From Gammaproteobacteria bacterium (GTDB taxonomy: Bacteria; Pseudomonadota; Gammaproteobacteria; JBIOEC01), in contig OZ257143.1 of the NCBI GenBank assembly GCA_965279305.1, positions 1,440,001-1,472,000 of the forward strand: a DNA stretch of 32,000 nt, written 5' to 3'. Positions 15,269 through 25,782 of the stretch are shown here, piece by piece (the first letter of the stretch is position 1; every line of letters begins with the position of its first letter). Made by a program: the position numbers and the translations under genes. The notes beneath the pieces are model-generated. The model searched no databases, was not told where the DNA came from, and saw only the letters and a list, made by a program, of their open reading frames with translations.

Positions 15269-17476
15269 ATGGTCAGTGTTAAAAAATCAAGCACAGTCTT
15301 TGATAAGACCGAATGGTTTAACTACCTTGCTGAGCATTTCACTCAGGAAGAAGTACAGCTTATCGAAAAAGCGTACGCGCTGAGTGAAAAAATAAACGAT
15401 AATATTCCTCCTCTCGTTGAAAACATCTCTGTATTGCAACACAGCGTTAATATAGCCAACGTATTAGTTGATCTAGGTTTGGATGGGGTAACCATTGCTG
15501 CCGCGCTTGTAGTGCTTCCTGTGCAGCAACATGCACTAACACCTGCACAAGTCTCAAATCAGCTAGGTTCGGTTGCATTGAAGTTGGTAGAAAGCGTAGG
15601 TGCTATGAAAGCAATTGATTCTTTACACCATAGCGGTGGTAAGCATCAAAATTCTGTTCAAATGGATAAATTGAGAAAAATGTTATTGGCGATGGTGGAT
15701 GATCCACGAGGCGTATTGATTAAACTGGCCGAGCATTTGTGCACATTGCGAATGGCGAAATATTTCCCTGTCGAATATCAACAGCAAGTAGCTGAACAAG
15801 CGGCTGATATCTATGCACCTTTAGCCAATCGCTTGGGCGTCGGGCAGTTGAAGTGGGAAATGGAAGATTTATCTTTTCGTTACCGTGAACCTAATACGTA
15901 TAAATATATTGCAAAGCTATTAGATGAAAAACGCTTGGATAGAGAAGATTATTTGCACGCCGTTATCGGAGAACTGCAAACCGCATTAACACAAGATGGT
16001 ATTGAAGCTGAAGTTCAAGGACGAGTAAAACATATTTACAGTATTTGGCGCAAGATGCAGCGTAAGAAAGTCGACTACGATGAAATTTATGATGTAAGAG
16101 CCATACGAATTTTGGTAGATAAAATCGCAGACTGTTATGCGGCTTTAGGAACAGTGCATCGTTTGTGGAGACATGTACCTAAAGAGTTTGATGATTATAT
16201 TGCTATGGCTAAACAAAATGGTTATCAGTCTTTGCATACCGCTGTAGTAGGACCTAAAGGTAAAGTGGTTGAAGTACAAATTAGAACTCGACAAATGCAT
16301 CAAGATTCTGAACTAGGTGTTGCTTCTCATTGGCGTTATAAAGAAGGTGTACGTCATGATCCTATCTATGAAGACAAAATTGCATGGCTGCGTCAATTAA
16401 TATCATGGCAAGAGCAAGTGGCTGATGCTGATGAATTAATTAATGAACTTAGAGAAAAAGTCTATGATGAGCGCGTTTACGTATTAACACCTAATGGTGA
16501 GGTTCTTGATTTACAGCGAGGTGCTACGCCTCTGGATTTCGCTTATCAAGTACATACTACTATTGGACATCGATGCCGTGGTGCTAAAGTAAACGGACGT
16601 ATTGTTCCTTTGACATCTGCGCTTCATACCGGCGATCAAGTGGAAATTTTAACGGCAGGAGAGCCTAACCCTAGTCGTGATTGGTTAAATCCTGATTTAG
16701 GTTATTTAATGACGCAACGCGCGCGGTCAAAAGTAAAAGCCTGGTTCAGAGAGCAAAACAGAGAACAAAATTTGAGCGCTGGTAGAGCTTTAATGGAAAA
16801 AGAATTGCAGCGCTTAGGTTTAGAAAGTATTGATTATAAAGCACTGGCTCCCAAACTAAATTTTATAGAGGGTGAAGATGTATTAATTGCATTAGGTCGT
16901 GGTGATCTGAGACCTATACAGCTTATTCATTTATTACGCGATACCACAGGCTTACCTAAATCAGAAGTCAATAAAATAAGTGATGTAGCGTCTTTGCTTT
17001 CTGACACCTATTCTAAATCAACACATGCTGATCATTTGATTGTGCAAGGAGTTGGCAATTTACTCACACATATGGCGGGTTGCTGTCGCCCTGTCTCTGG
17101 GGATAAAATTATTGGTTATGTTACCCAAGGTGCGGGTATTTCTATTCACAGAATAGAATGTGCCAATGTGACGCATGCGCGAGAAGTGAGACCGGAGCGT
17201 TTGGTGGAAGTGACCTGGGGAACTAAAGGTGCTGAAAAGTATCCTGTCACTATTCAAATTACAGCCAATGATAGACAGAATTTATTGCGGGATATTACAC
17301 AAGTATTTGCTAATGAACGGTGCAGTATATTAGCGCTTAATAGCAGTCTTAAAAAAGAAGTGGCAAATATTACGCTTACGGTAGAAATTACGAGCTTAGA
17401 AAAATTAGGCAAAGCCTTAGAGAGAATACAACAATTACCCTATATTTTAGAAGTCCGCCGTTTACGGCAATTATAA
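15269..17476 (+). CDS. relA: GTP pyrophosphokinase RelA ((p)ppGpp synthetase I)
   Basis: The RelA/SpoT synthetase block is present ([16 protein letters not shown]...[10 protein letters not shown]...YQSLHT). TGS ([24 protein letters not shown]) and C-terminal ACT regions follow. The N-terminal pseudo-hydrolase lacks the HD dyad. rlmD-relA synteny supports the call. Confidence 0.93.
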   Translation: MVSVKKSSTVFDKTEWFNYLAEHFTQEEVQLIEKAYALSEKINDNIPPLVENISVLQHSVNIANVLVDLGLDGVTIAAALVVLPVQQHALTPAQVSNQLGSVALKLVESVGAMKAIDSLHHSGGKHQNSVQMDKLRKMLLAMVDDPRGVLIKLAEHLCTLRMAKYFPVEYQQQVAEQAADIYAPLANRLGVGQLKWEMEDLSFRYREPNTYKYIAKLLDEKRLDREDYLHAVIGELQTALTQDGIEAEVQGRVKHIYSIWRKMQRKKVDYDEIYDVRAIRILVDKIADCYAALGTVHRLWRHVPKEFDDYIAMAKQNGYQSLHTAVVGPKGKVVEVQIRTRQMHQDSELGVASHWRYKEGVRHDPIYEDKIAWLRQLISWQEQVADADELINELREKVYDERVYVLTPNGEVLDLQRGATPLDFAYQVHTTIGHRCRGAKVNGRIVPLTSALHTGDQVEILTAGEPNPSRDWLNPDLGYLMTQRARSKVKAWFREQNREQNLSAGRALMEKELQRLGLESIDYKALAPKLNFIEGEDVLIALGRGDLRPIQLIHLLRDTTGLPKSEVNKISDVASLLSDTYSKSTHADHLIVQGVGNLLTHMAGCCRPVSGDKIIGYVTQGAGISIHRIECANVTHAREVRPERLVEVTWGTKGAEKYPVTIQITANDRQNLLRDITQVFANERCSILALNSSLKKEVANITLTVEITSLEKLGKALERIQQLPYILEVRRLRQL

Positions 17477-17495
17477 ATGCGATAAGGAGCATATC

Positions 17496-18179
17496 ATGGA
17501 AAAATTAAAGATTATTTTACTAGGGCCACCCGGTGCAGGTAAAGGAACACAAGCCGCTTTTATTTGTGAGCGCTTTCATATTCCACAAATTTCAACAGGT
17601 GATATGTTGCGTCAGGCCGTGAGCAATGGAACGCCATTAGGGAAAAGAGCACAAGAATATATGCAGCAAGGGCAATTAGTTCCTGACGAAGTAGTAATTG
17701 GATTAATCAATGAACGCATTCAAATGCCTGATTGTGCTAATGGATTTTTGTTAGATGGTTTTCCACGTACTATTGCACAAGCAGATGCTTTACAGCATTC
17801 TTCTGTAGGAATTACACATGTATTAAAGCTGCTAGTTCCTGATAAAGAAATTATTGAGCGCGTGATAGGTCGTCTTGTACATCCTGCTTCCGGACGTGTA
17901 TATAATCTTTTTACACATCCACCTAAACAAGCAGGGGTAGATGATGTTACGGGAGAACCATTGATACAACGTGAAGATGATAAAGAAGAAACTATTCGCA
18001 AACGTTTAACGGTTTATCATGAACAAACAGCACCACTTGCAAAATATTATCAAGATTTACAAACACAAGATGCGTCTGCACCACGTTACACAGAAATAGA
18101 TGGATTAGGTAACATTGACGTAGTATGTCAGAAAATATTAAATGCATTAACATTCGAATCTTCATCTCACAAAACATAA
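17496..18179 (+). CDS. adk: Adenylate kinase
   Basis: The P-loop is [32 protein letters not shown] and a long-type lid without Zn cysteines are present. RBS AAGGAG lies at 17485-17490. Confidence 0.96.
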   Translation: MEKLKIILLGPPGAGKGTQAAFICERFHIPQISTGDMLRQAVSNGTPLGKRAQEYMQQGQLVPDEVVIGLINERIQMPDCANGFLLDGFPRTIAQADALQHSSVGITHVLKLLVPDKEIIERVIGRLVHPASGRVYNLFTHPPKQAGVDDVTGEPLIQREDDKEETIRKRLTVYHEQTAPLAKYYQDLQTQDASAPRYTEIDGLGNIDVVCQKILNALTFESSSHKT

Positions 18180-18190
18180 AAAAATGATTG

Positions 18191-18213
18191 ATCGGGGTAA
18201 TGATTACCCCGAT
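18191..18213 (+). terminator. Hairpin after adk
   Basis: ATCGGGGTAA (18191-18200) pairs with TTACCCCGAT (18204-18213) around a 3-nt loop. T-runs begin 17 nt downstream, so there is no immediate U-tail. Confidence 0.45.
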
Positions 18214-18229
18214 TACACATCAAATGAGA

Positions 18230-18297
18230 TTTTTTTTCATTTTTTTTCACATTTTTATAAAAAATAGTTACTTTTTTTTTGCACATTTGGAAATGTG
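18230..18297 (+). promoter_or_regulatory. Phased T-tracts plus a near-perfect palindrome upstream of the H1-like gene (candidate UP element/curved DNA and operator)
   Basis: T-runs start at 18230 (T8), 18240 (T8), 18252 (T5) and 18272 (T9). The palindrome CACATTT-GG-AAATGTG spans 18282-18297. A possible promoter is TTGCAC (18279-18284), N16, TATTGT (18301-18306). Confidence 0.35.
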
Positions 18298-18350
18298 TGC
18301 TATTGTATTAGCTAATAGAGTAGTTTGACTATAACTTAGGAGATAACACA

Positions 18351-18590
18351 ATGGTCGCTAAAAGAAAATCAAGCAAACGTTCTACAGGTTCTTCTTCTTT
18401 AAAGAAGATCAGAACAAGCTTATCTAGAGCTGTGAAGAAAGTTAAACATGACGCTGCTAAGAAAGTAGCTGAATTGAAACGTTCTCATAATGCTAAATTG
18501 GCTGAAGCAAAGAAATCTGCTAAGCCTAAGAAAGCAAAAAAAGCGCGTAAAGCTAAAAAAACGACAAAACGTCGCGCTAAGAAAGCATAA
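18351..18590 (+). CDS. Small Lys/Ala-rich basic protein, histone H1-like nucleoid protein
   Basis: The protein is 79 aa. RBS TAGGAG is upstream. The composition is dominated by K, A, R and S, with a C-terminal KKSAKPKKAKKARKAKKTTKRRAKKA tail like eukaryotic H1 C-tails and bacterial Hc1/Hq1/AlgP-type proteins. A strong terminator follows. Confidence 0.7.
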   Translation: MVAKRKSSKRSTGSSSLKKIRTSLSRAVKKVKHDAAKKVAELKRSHNAKLAEAKKSAKPKKAKKARKAKKTTKRRAKKA

Positions 18591-18622
18591 TAGTATCTAG
18601 TTAGATATTATAATGTTGCAGG

Positions 18623-18660
18623 AAAAACCGGCTCTGTTACTTGTAACTGGCCGGTTTTTT
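18623..18660 (+). terminator. Rho-independent terminator of the H1-like gene
   Basis: AAAAACCGGC (18623-18632) pairs with GCCGGTTTTT (18650-18659). There is an inner GTTAC/GTAAC stem and a T6 run. Confidence 0.8.
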
Positions 18661-18696
18661 CTTATGTGGTAGGTCACTTTTCAGAAGGAATATTAT

Positions 18697-19158
18697 ATGA
18701 AACAAACAACCAATACCGGTATTAGCCAAAAAGAAAGACAAGAAATCGCTAATGGTCTTATTCAATTACTCGGTGACACATATATTTTGTATCAAAAAAC
18801 TCACAATTTTCATTGGAATGTGACTGGATCTATGTTTAGTAGTTTACATTTGATGTTTGAAACTCAATACAACGAATTATGGATGGCAGTAGATGTGATA
18901 GCGGAACGGATCAGAGCTTTAGGTTTTTTCGTTCCCGTTGACTTCAAATCTTCTATAAAATTGCCAACTGATGTCCCCAAAGCTGAAGAAATGATCAAGC
19001 AGCTGCTTGATGGGCATGAAACGATTGCTAGAAATGTTCGAAAATTGTTCGATCTGGCTGATGATGCTGACGATGAAGCGACTGCTGATCTAGTTACCGA
19101 GCGTTTAAACACCCATGAAAAAACGGCTTGGATGCTAAGAAGCACTTTAGGGGCTTAA
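18697..19158 (+). CDS. dps: Dps family DNA starvation/stationary-phase protection protein (ferritin-like)
   Basis: The Dps ferroxidase-site block is present (YQKTHNFHWNVTGSMFSSLHLMFETQYNELWMAVDVIAERIRALG). The length is 153 aa. RBS GAAGGA is upstream. Confidence 0.9.
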   Translation: MKQTTNTGISQKERQEIANGLIQLLGDTYILYQKTHNFHWNVTGSMFSSLHLMFETQYNELWMAVDVIAERIRALGFFVPVDFKSSIKLPTDVPKAEEMIKQLLDGHETIARNVRKLFDLADDADDEATADLVTERLNTHEKTAWMLRSTLGA

Positions 19159-19163
19159 TCTTA

Positions 19164-21194
19164 TCATTTGAGTATTTTTAAAATAAACGAATATTCAAAA
19201 GCCACTTCTTTTAGTGCAGAAAAGCGTCCACTAGCACCACCATGACCTGCACTCATATTCACTTTTAGTAGAAGAGGGTGCAGATCGGTTTTGTAAGTAC
19301 GAAATTTAGCCACCCATTTTGCCGGTTCCCAATATTGCACTCGCGGATCGTTAAGTCCAGCGGTAACCAACATAGCCGGGTAATCCGTTTTTTTAATATT
19401 ATCGTATGGCGAATAGAGCTTAATATAATCATAATATTCTTTATTTTCAGGATTTCCCCATTCCATATATTCGCCCGTAGTTAATGGAATAGTGGGATCT
19501 AACATGGTATTTAACACATCAACAAAAGGTACATCCGCAATAGCGGCAGCACATAAATCTGGACGTAAATTGAGTACTGCACCGACTAATAAACCACCTG
19601 CGCTGCCTCCGGAAATAACAAGATGTTCAGGTGATGTGTAACCCAATTGACATAAATGTTCAGCGCAAGAAATAAAATCGGTAAACGTATTATTTTTTTG
19701 TAACAACTTTCCTGCTTCGTACCAGAATTCGCCATTATCTCCACCACCTCGTACATGAGCGATAGCAAAAATAAAGCCTCTATCTAATAAGCTTAAACGA
19801 GAGGATGAAAACCAGGGATCTAAGCTTATCCCATAAGAACCATATCCATAAAGATATAAACGAGTATTAGGTTTTTTAGGTGTATTTTTATGATAAACCA
19901 CGGAAATAGGAATGGATGTTCCATCAGTTGCGGTGGCATAAATACGTTCGCTAATATAGTTTTCAGAATTAAAATCACCTATAACCGTCGTTTGTTTTAA
20001 AAATAATTTTTCTTTCGTTTGTAAATTGATATCATAAAAAGTGCGAGGAGTTGTCAGTGAACTATAAACCACACGAAGTGTTTCGCTATCAAAATCTACG
20101 TTATCAATAGGTTCTACTGAATAAGCAGGTTCGTTAAATTCGATGATATCATCTTGATTATTTTTAAGGCCAATAATACGTATTTGTAAATTGGCTTGTT
20201 GTCGTTCGGTAAGGGCTAAAAAATCCCTGAAAATTTCAAGATTTTCTAACTTTACTTCAGGGCGATGAGCAACAATAAATGTGGGTTTTTCATCGCTTTT
20301 TCTCTCTTTTTTAATCTTAATTAACTCATAATTTTTGGCATTTTTATTAATGAGTAAATACCAGGAATCAGTGTGTGAAAAAACATCATACTTTACATTT
20401 TCTTCTCTAGGATAAATACACTGAAACTCATCATGAGGAGCATCTGAATTAATAAAACGGGTTTCAGATGTCATCGTGCTATTGCTTTCGATATAAATAT
20501 ATTTGTCGTCTTTACTACGAGCAACATTTAAACGAAAAAGTGTATCCGACTCTGTAAAATGAAGTTGAACTTCTTGGGTTACTAAGTCAAAAGACCATAC
20601 TTGGAAGGGTCTCCATGCATTATCATGTTTGGTAAAAAAAATAGTGGTATTATCATTGGCCCAAACAATATGCGGTGCAATATTATCAACTGATGTTTTA
20701 ATGGTAGTGTTGGTGTCTAGGTCTTTAATATAAAGTACAAACTCTTCATTGCCGGCAATATCTTGTGTATACGCTAAATATCGTTGATTGGGGCTGGTTT
20801 CAACTCCACCTATATGAAAATAAGAATGATTTTTTGCCAATTCATTTTCATCTAATAAAATTGTTTCGTCGTTATCTAAGGTTTTAGCTCGTCTACAAAA
20901 AATAGGATATTCATTTTTTTCAAAAGTACGCCAATAATAATAAAAGCCTTTTTCAAAGAAAGGAACTGACATATCGGTTAATTGAATGCGAGAGCACATT
21001 TCGTTAAATAAACTCTCTTGTAACGTCAGAGAGTCTTTCATAATATAATCGGTATAGGCGTTCTCCGCTTTTAAATATGCGAGAACATCCGGATCTTTAT
21101 CTTGGTAGCGCAGCCATGCATAGGGATCGATGTGTGTCTCTCCATGCAATTGGTAAGTGTAAGGTTGTTGTTTAGCGATTGGAGGCAGCATCAT
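19164..21194 (-). CDS. ptrB: Oligopeptidase B (S9A prolyl oligopeptidase family serine protease)
   Basis: There is an N-terminal beta-propeller region and a C-terminal alpha/beta hydrolase with the nucleophile motif GGSAGGLL. The DPRV and H-containing SAGHGG blocks are present. The N-terminus YAWLR...DPDVLAYLKAENAYT is typical of PtrB. Confidence 0.9.
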   Translation of the reverse strand: MMLPPIAKQQPYTYQLHGETHIDPYAWLRYQDKDPDVLAYLKAENAYTDYIMKDSLTLQESLFNEMCSRIQLTDMSVPFFEKGFYYYWRTFEKNEYPIFCRRAKTLDNDETILLDENELAKNHSYFHIGGVETSPNQRYLAYTQDIAGNEEFVLYIKDLDTNTTIKTSVDNIAPHIVWANDNTTIFFTKHDNAWRPFQVWSFDLVTQEVQLHFTESDTLFRLNVARSKDDKYIYIESNSTMTSETRFINSDAPHDEFQCIYPREENVKYDVFSHTDSWYLLINKNAKNYELIKIKKERKSDEKPTFIVAHRPEVKLENLEIFRDFLALTERQQANLQIRIIGLKNNQDDIIEFNEPAYSVEPIDNVDFDSETLRVVYSSLTTPRTFYDINLQTKEKLFLKQTTVIGDFNSENYISERIYATATDGTSIPISVVYHKNTPKKPNTRLYLYGYGSYGISLDPWFSSSRLSLLDRGFIFAIAHVRGGGDNGEFWYEAGKLLQKNNTFTDFISCAEHLCQLGYTSPEHLVISGGSAGGLLVGAVLNLRPDLCAAAIADVPFVDVLNTMLDPTIPLTTGEYMEWGNPENKEYYDYIKLYSPYDNIKKTDYPAMLVTAGLNDPRVQYWEPAKWVAKFRTYKTDLHPLLLKVNMSAGHGGASGRFSALKEVAFEYSFILKILK

Positions 21195-21249
21195 AATAGA
21201 CTATAATAAAAAAATATTCGGGATAACATTATTGCTTAAGGAAGCCTAT

Positions 21250-23892
21250 ATGTCTAATTTGCCTCCATTGTCATCTCTACGAGAATCATTAACCGTTAAT
21301 GGTAAAACCTATTCTTTTTATAATATTAAAAAACTGCAAATCGAAAGATTACCTTTCGTGCTGAGAATTGTACTGGAAAACTTGGTTCGTCACCTTAATA
21401 CTCCTCATGTGAACGAAGACGATATTAAAGAAGTCTTATCTTGTGCAGATGACTATCCTAGCGATAAAGAGATTTATTTTATGCCGGCACGCGTACTTTT
21501 ACAGGACTTTACAGGGGTTCCAGCTATTGTAGATTTGGCCGCTATGCGTGAAGCTATGAAGAATTTAGGTGCTGATCCTGAAAAAATTAACCCATTATTG
21601 CCAGTTGAACTTGTGGTTGATCATTCTGTTCAAGTGGATAAATTTGGTACTCCGGATTCTTTACAGTTTAATACGGATAAGGAGTTTGAGCGAAATAAAG
21701 AGCGCTATGCATTTTTAAAATGGGGACAACAAGCGTTTTCTAATTTTAAAGTGGTTCCTCCTGATACCGGTATTGTTCATCAGGTGAATTTAGAATATTT
21801 AGGGCGTGTTGTTTTCAATAATGAAAATGAACTTTATCCCGATACCTTAGTAGGTACTGATTCGCATACCACCATGATTAATGGTTTAGGTGTTTTAGGC
21901 TGGGGTGTGGGTGGAATTGAAGCAGAAGCAGCTATGTTAGGCCAACCCATTTCTATGTTAATTCCTGAAGTGATGGGATTTGAATTGACAGGGCGTTTAC
22001 CGGAAGGAACTACTGCCACCGATTTAGTATTGCGTGTCACTGAAATGCTAAGACAAAAAGGCGTGGTAGGGCAATTTGTAGAATTTTATGGTGAGGGTTT
22101 AACTCATTTACCTTTAGCGGATCGTGCGACTATAGGCAATATGGCACCTGAATATGGCGCAACGTGTGGTTTTTTCCCCGTCGATGCTGAAACTTTAAAT
22201 TACTTGAAGTTAACTGGTCGTGCACCTGAACAAATTGCATTAATTGAAGCGTATACCAAAGCACAAGGTTTATTTTTTGAACCAGGACAACACACGGTTA
22301 ATTATTTGGATAAATTGCAGTTAGATTTATCTACGATTGTGCCTAGCTTAGCAGGGCCTAAACGCCCGCAAGATAGATTAGATCTCACTAAAGCTAAAGA
22401 AGCTTTGCGAGATACTTTGGAAAAATCAAAAGTAGAAGCACCTTCAAAAGAAAAACAAGGTTTAAAGCATGGCGATATCGTTATTGCGGCTATTACGAGT
22501 TGTACTAATACGTCTAACCCTGCTGTGATGTTAGGGGCGGGATTATTAGCTAAAAAAGCGATTGAAAAAGGTCTTTCCTCTAAAAAGTGGGTGAAAACGA
22601 GTATGGCACCCGGCTCACGTGTGGTGACAGATTATTTAGAAAAATCAGGATTAATGCCTTTTTTAGTAAAATTAGGATTTGATTTAGTGGGTTATGGTTG
22701 TACCACGTGTATTGGTAATTCTGGACCATTACCTGAAGAGATTAGTAAAGAAATTCAAGAAAATAATTTACATGTGGCCGCCATATTATCGGGCAATAGA
22801 AATTTTGAAGGACGTATTCATCCCGAAGTGCGTTTAAATTATTTAGCATCACCTCCATTGGTAGTGGCATATGCATTAGCAGGAACTATGGATATTGATT
22901 TGTATAAAGAGCCATTAGGCAAAGATCAGCAAGGGAATCCTGTTTTTCTAAAAGATATTTGGCCTACGCAACATGAAATTCAAAAAATGATTACCGATTC
23001 TGTACAAGCTTCTATGTTTCAGAAACGTTATTCAGAAGTCTATCAAGGTGATGAAAATTGGGCTGAGTTGGCTGCTCCTGAAGGAAAACTGTACGGATGG
23101 GATTCTACGTCGACTTATGTAAAGTATCCACCTTACTTTGAAGGAATGACATTACAACCTAAAGAACTAGAAGATATTTTGAATGCACGCGTATTAGTAA
23201 AAGTGGGTGATAGTGTGACAACGGATCATATTTCTCCTGCCGGTAATATTAAACGTGAAAGTCCTGCTGGGCGTTATTTGTTAGGCCATGGGGTCTCTGA
23301 GGCTGAATTTAATTCCTATGGCTCCAGACGAGGCAATGATGAAGTGATGGTGAGAGGTACGTTTGCTAACGTACGTTTACGAAATGAAATAGCGCCTGGT
23401 ACAGAAGGTGGCTGGTCTGAATATTTACCTACCGGTGAACAGATGAGCATTTTTGATGCTTCAGTACTTTATAAAAAAGATCGTATTCCTTTATTAGTAT
23501 TAGCTGGAAAAGAATATGGCTCAGGCTCTTCTCGAGATTGGGCAGCAAAAGGACCTAAGTTATTAGGCATAGTAACTGTTATTGCAGAAAGCTATGAACG
23601 TATTCATCGTTCTAATTTAGTAGGAATGGGTATTTTGCCTTTGCAATTTAAAGAAGGTGAAACCGCGGCGAGTTTAGGTTTAACAGGAACGGAAGTATTT
23701 TCAATCGAAGGTTTAAAAGCCGGTTTGAAAAAAGGAAATTTGACTGAGATAAAAGTAAAAGCAGTGCATGAAAGTGGCAACATCATTTCTTTTATAACAA
23801 AAGTTCGTTTAGATACCCCACAAGAAGTACTCTATTATCAACACGGCGGCATTTTGCCTTACGTGCTTAGACAATTAGCGTCCAAAAAATAG
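21250..23892 (+). CDS. acnA: Aconitate hydratase A
   Basis: The protein is full-length aconitase/IRP family. The Fe-S ligand contexts are ITSCTNTSNP and GYGCTTCIGNSG, plus VGTDSHTTM and SGSSRDWAAKG. I prefer the ATG at 21250 (AAGGA 8 nt upstream) over the listed TTG at 21232. Confidence 0.95.
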   Translation: MSNLPPLSSLRESLTVNGKTYSFYNIKKLQIERLPFVLRIVLENLVRHLNTPHVNEDDIKEVLSCADDYPSDKEIYFMPARVLLQDFTGVPAIVDLAAMREAMKNLGADPEKINPLLPVELVVDHSVQVDKFGTPDSLQFNTDKEFERNKERYAFLKWGQQAFSNFKVVPPDTGIVHQVNLEYLGRVVFNNENELYPDTLVGTDSHTTMINGLGVLGWGVGGIEAEAAMLGQPISMLIPEVMGFELTGRLPEGTTATDLVLRVTEMLRQKGVVGQFVEFYGEGLTHLPLADRATIGNMAPEYGATCGFFPVDAETLNYLKLTGRAPEQIALIEAYTKAQGLFFEPGQHTVNYLDKLQLDLSTIVPSLAGPKRPQDRLDLTKAKEALRDTLEKSKVEAPSKEKQGLKHGDIVIAAITSCTNTSNPAVMLGAGLLAKKAIEKGLSSKKWVKTSMAPGSRVVTDYLEKSGLMPFLVKLGFDLVGYGCTTCIGNSGPLPEEISKEIQENNLHVAAILSGNRNFEGRIHPEVRLNYLASPPLVVAYALAGTMDIDLYKEPLGKDQQGNPVFLKDIWPTQHEIQKMITDSVQASMFQKRYSEVYQGDENWAELAAPEGKLYGWDSTSTYVKYPPYFEGMTLQPKELEDILNARVLVKVGDSVTTDHISPAGNIKRESPAGRYLLGHGVSEAEFNSYGSRRGNDEVMVRGTFANVRLRNEIAPGTEGGWSEYLPTGEQMSIFDASVLYKKDRIPLLVLAGKEYGSGSSRDWAAKGPKLLGIVTVIAESYERIHRSNLVGMGILPLQFKEGETAASLGLTGTEVFSIEGLKAGLKKGNLTEIKVKAVHESGNIISFITKVRLDTPQEVLYYQHGGILPYVLRQLASKK

Positions 23893-24363
23893 AGATGTAA
23901 AATCTTTGAGCATATCTTGTCTTTTTTTGGAATATGTTAGTTCTATCACCTTTTTAAAAAGTAAGCAGATTGTTTGCTTTGCGTGGAGACATTCTTCCGT
24001 TAACTGATGGCGAATCTCTCTACTTTCCGTAATCTTTTTCCATGAGTGCTTGTGCGAAGATAATCTTAAGCTTACGGAGAATCTCTTAAAAATAAATATC
24101 GAATTTATGCATAAAAATTAAGAAATATCAGCAATGTACGTTTTATTTTTTAATGCTAGTATTAAAAAATATTGATAAGAAATCCTATGCTTCAGAAACC
24201 TAAGAAACTTTTTATGTACAGAGAAATACGTTTGTCGACGCTTGTGCGTCCTGAGAATTGTATGATAGCTTTGGGTGGCAAGTTCTTAGCAGTAGTCGAA
24301 GTATTAGGAAGTGTGCCCGTAAACTAAGACGTGGTAGTATAAAACTTTTTAGGAAAGCTGACT

Positions 24364-25767
24364 ATGATGTTCCAGATATTTAAAAAACCTTTTTCCGCAT
24401 TGCTTCTCTCAAGCCTATTTTTCTTAGGCGCCTCTACCGCTCAAGCGGTTGAGCAAGAGCAGTTTCATTTGCTGGTTGATGTGTCAGGCAGCATGCAACG
24501 TTTCGATCCACAAAAGCAGCGTGTTGCTGCATTAAAACAATTTATCAATGAAATTCCAGACGGTAGCCAAGCAGGCATTTGGACTTATGCTGGCCAAGTG
24601 AATATGTTGTTAGCGCCTTCCACTGTTAATGCCCAATGGCGCCAACGTGCTGATCAAGCGGTGTCTAGCATTAGTGGTTATGGCCCTAATGCAAATTTAG
24701 CCAATGCTGTTGCTCAGGCCACTCATCACTGGCGTAATGCCCCTGCACGTAGCGGACGCAATCTGATTGTGTTAACCGATAATGGTGTGACATTGAATAA
24801 TGCCGCGGCGCAAAGCGAATCTGCTAAACAACAATTGCTGAATACTTTAATTCCTCAGTTGCAAAAAAGTCAGATAAGAGTCTTTGCACTTGGTTTTCCT
24901 CATGCCGATAAAGCCTTGCTTCAAAAGATAACCAGTGAAACTCAAGGTTCTTTTCAATCTGTTGAATCGCCTACGGCTATTCCTACAGCAATGTCTTTGC
25001 TAGAAACGAGTTTAGCGACATCTGCAACGCCTAATACCGTTGCACAAATTACTGCTGAACCTGCACCGGCTGTTGTACAAGAAACAGTTCCTCTTACCGC
25101 TCCAGTGGATGCACCGCTTATTAATGCTCCTGTAGTGCCTGAGCAAGCTCCAGCGCTTAACTCTTCTGCGGATGCTCAAATAATAGTGGCAGAAGCAGAA
25201 ATAGCTGCTCCTATTCAAGAACTTGCGCAAGTGGAAGCCTCTGTGCCTCTTCCTCCTCCTACTGAGTTGGGACAAGCAGAGTCTGCTCAAATTAAAGCTC
25301 AGTTGGCTGAAGCTGAAGCAAAACTTCAGGAACTCATTACTGAAGCGACTAATAAAGCGATGGCAGCTCATGCGGCTGACGAAGGTTTAGAGGCTGCTTC
25401 ATCAACAGCAGCTTTAACAGGACAGCAGTTATCTGAACCCATGGTTATTACATTGGATGATGGTTCTGTGTTGGTAACTTCTGATCAAACGAAAGCAACG
25501 GCTTTCTCTGAAGAAACGGCCGCTGTAGAGCAAGCTAAGCTCGCGTCAGAATCACTGCCTGCAGTGACTTTTAACGAAGAAGCTGACGTAATAGCAGAAC
25601 CTACGGCTTTAGAATCGTATGCAGCGTCTGAGAGCGATATATGGCCACTTATTCTCTCTATACTGGCGGTGCTGAATGTGATTGTTATTTTCATGTTGTT
25701 TATCGGACGTTATTTCTGGCTACGCCATAAAAGACGTGCGACAGACTCTGTTTACGCAATGAATTAA
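24364..25767 (+). CDS. Secreted von Willebrand factor A (vWA) domain protein with a long Ala/Glu/Pro/Gln-rich linker and a C-terminal TM anchor
   Basis: The signal peptide ends in STAQA. The MIDAS start is LLVDVSGSM and a later block is IVLTDNG. About 190 aa of low-complexity linker follow. The C-terminal hydrophobic helix IWPLILSILAVLNVIVIFMLFIG is followed by RYFWLRHKRR. RBS AGGAAA is upstream. Confidence 0.8.
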   Translation: MMFQIFKKPFSALLLSSLFFLGASTAQAVEQEQFHLLVDVSGSMQRFDPQKQRVAALKQFINEIPDGSQAGIWTYAGQVNMLLAPSTVNAQWRQRADQAVSSISGYGPNANLANAVAQATHHWRNAPARSGRNLIVLTDNGVTLNNAAAQSESAKQQLLNTLIPQLQKSQIRVFALGFPHADKALLQKITSETQGSFQSVESPTAIPTAMSLLETSLATSATPNTVAQITAEPAPAVVQETVPLTAPVDAPLINAPVVPEQAPALNSSADAQIIVAEAEIAAPIQELAQVEASVPLPPPTELGQAESAQIKAQLAEAEAKLQELITEATNKAMAAHAADEGLEAASSTAALTGQQLSEPMVITLDDGSVLVTSDQTKATAFSEETAAVEQAKLASESLPAVTFNEEADVIAEPTALESYAASESDIWPLILSILAVLNVIVIFMLFIGRYFWLRHKRRATDSVYAMN

Positions 25768-25782
25768 AAAAGGTAGTGCTAT

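Noticed and set aside
21222-21234. Fur-box-like GATAACATTATTG in the ptrB-acnA divergent spacer.
   Set aside because: It matches only part of the 19-bp GATAATGATAATCATTATC consensus, and only if a 1-nt deletion is allowed. In AT-rich DNA this is expected by chance.
21232-21249. Listed TTG start of acnA.
   Set aside because: The ATG at 21250 has AAGGA at good spacing, and the six extra residues are not needed for aconitase N-terminal homology.
24201-24214. TAAGAAACTTTTTA, which resembles the LetA/GacA-type palindrome I recall upstream of Legionella RsmY/RsmZ.
   Set aside because: It has two mismatches to the recalled consensus and poor internal symmetry. The downstream sequence has only two GGA motifs (one being the vWA RBS), far fewer than Rsm-type sRNAs. 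My recall of the consensus is also uncertain.
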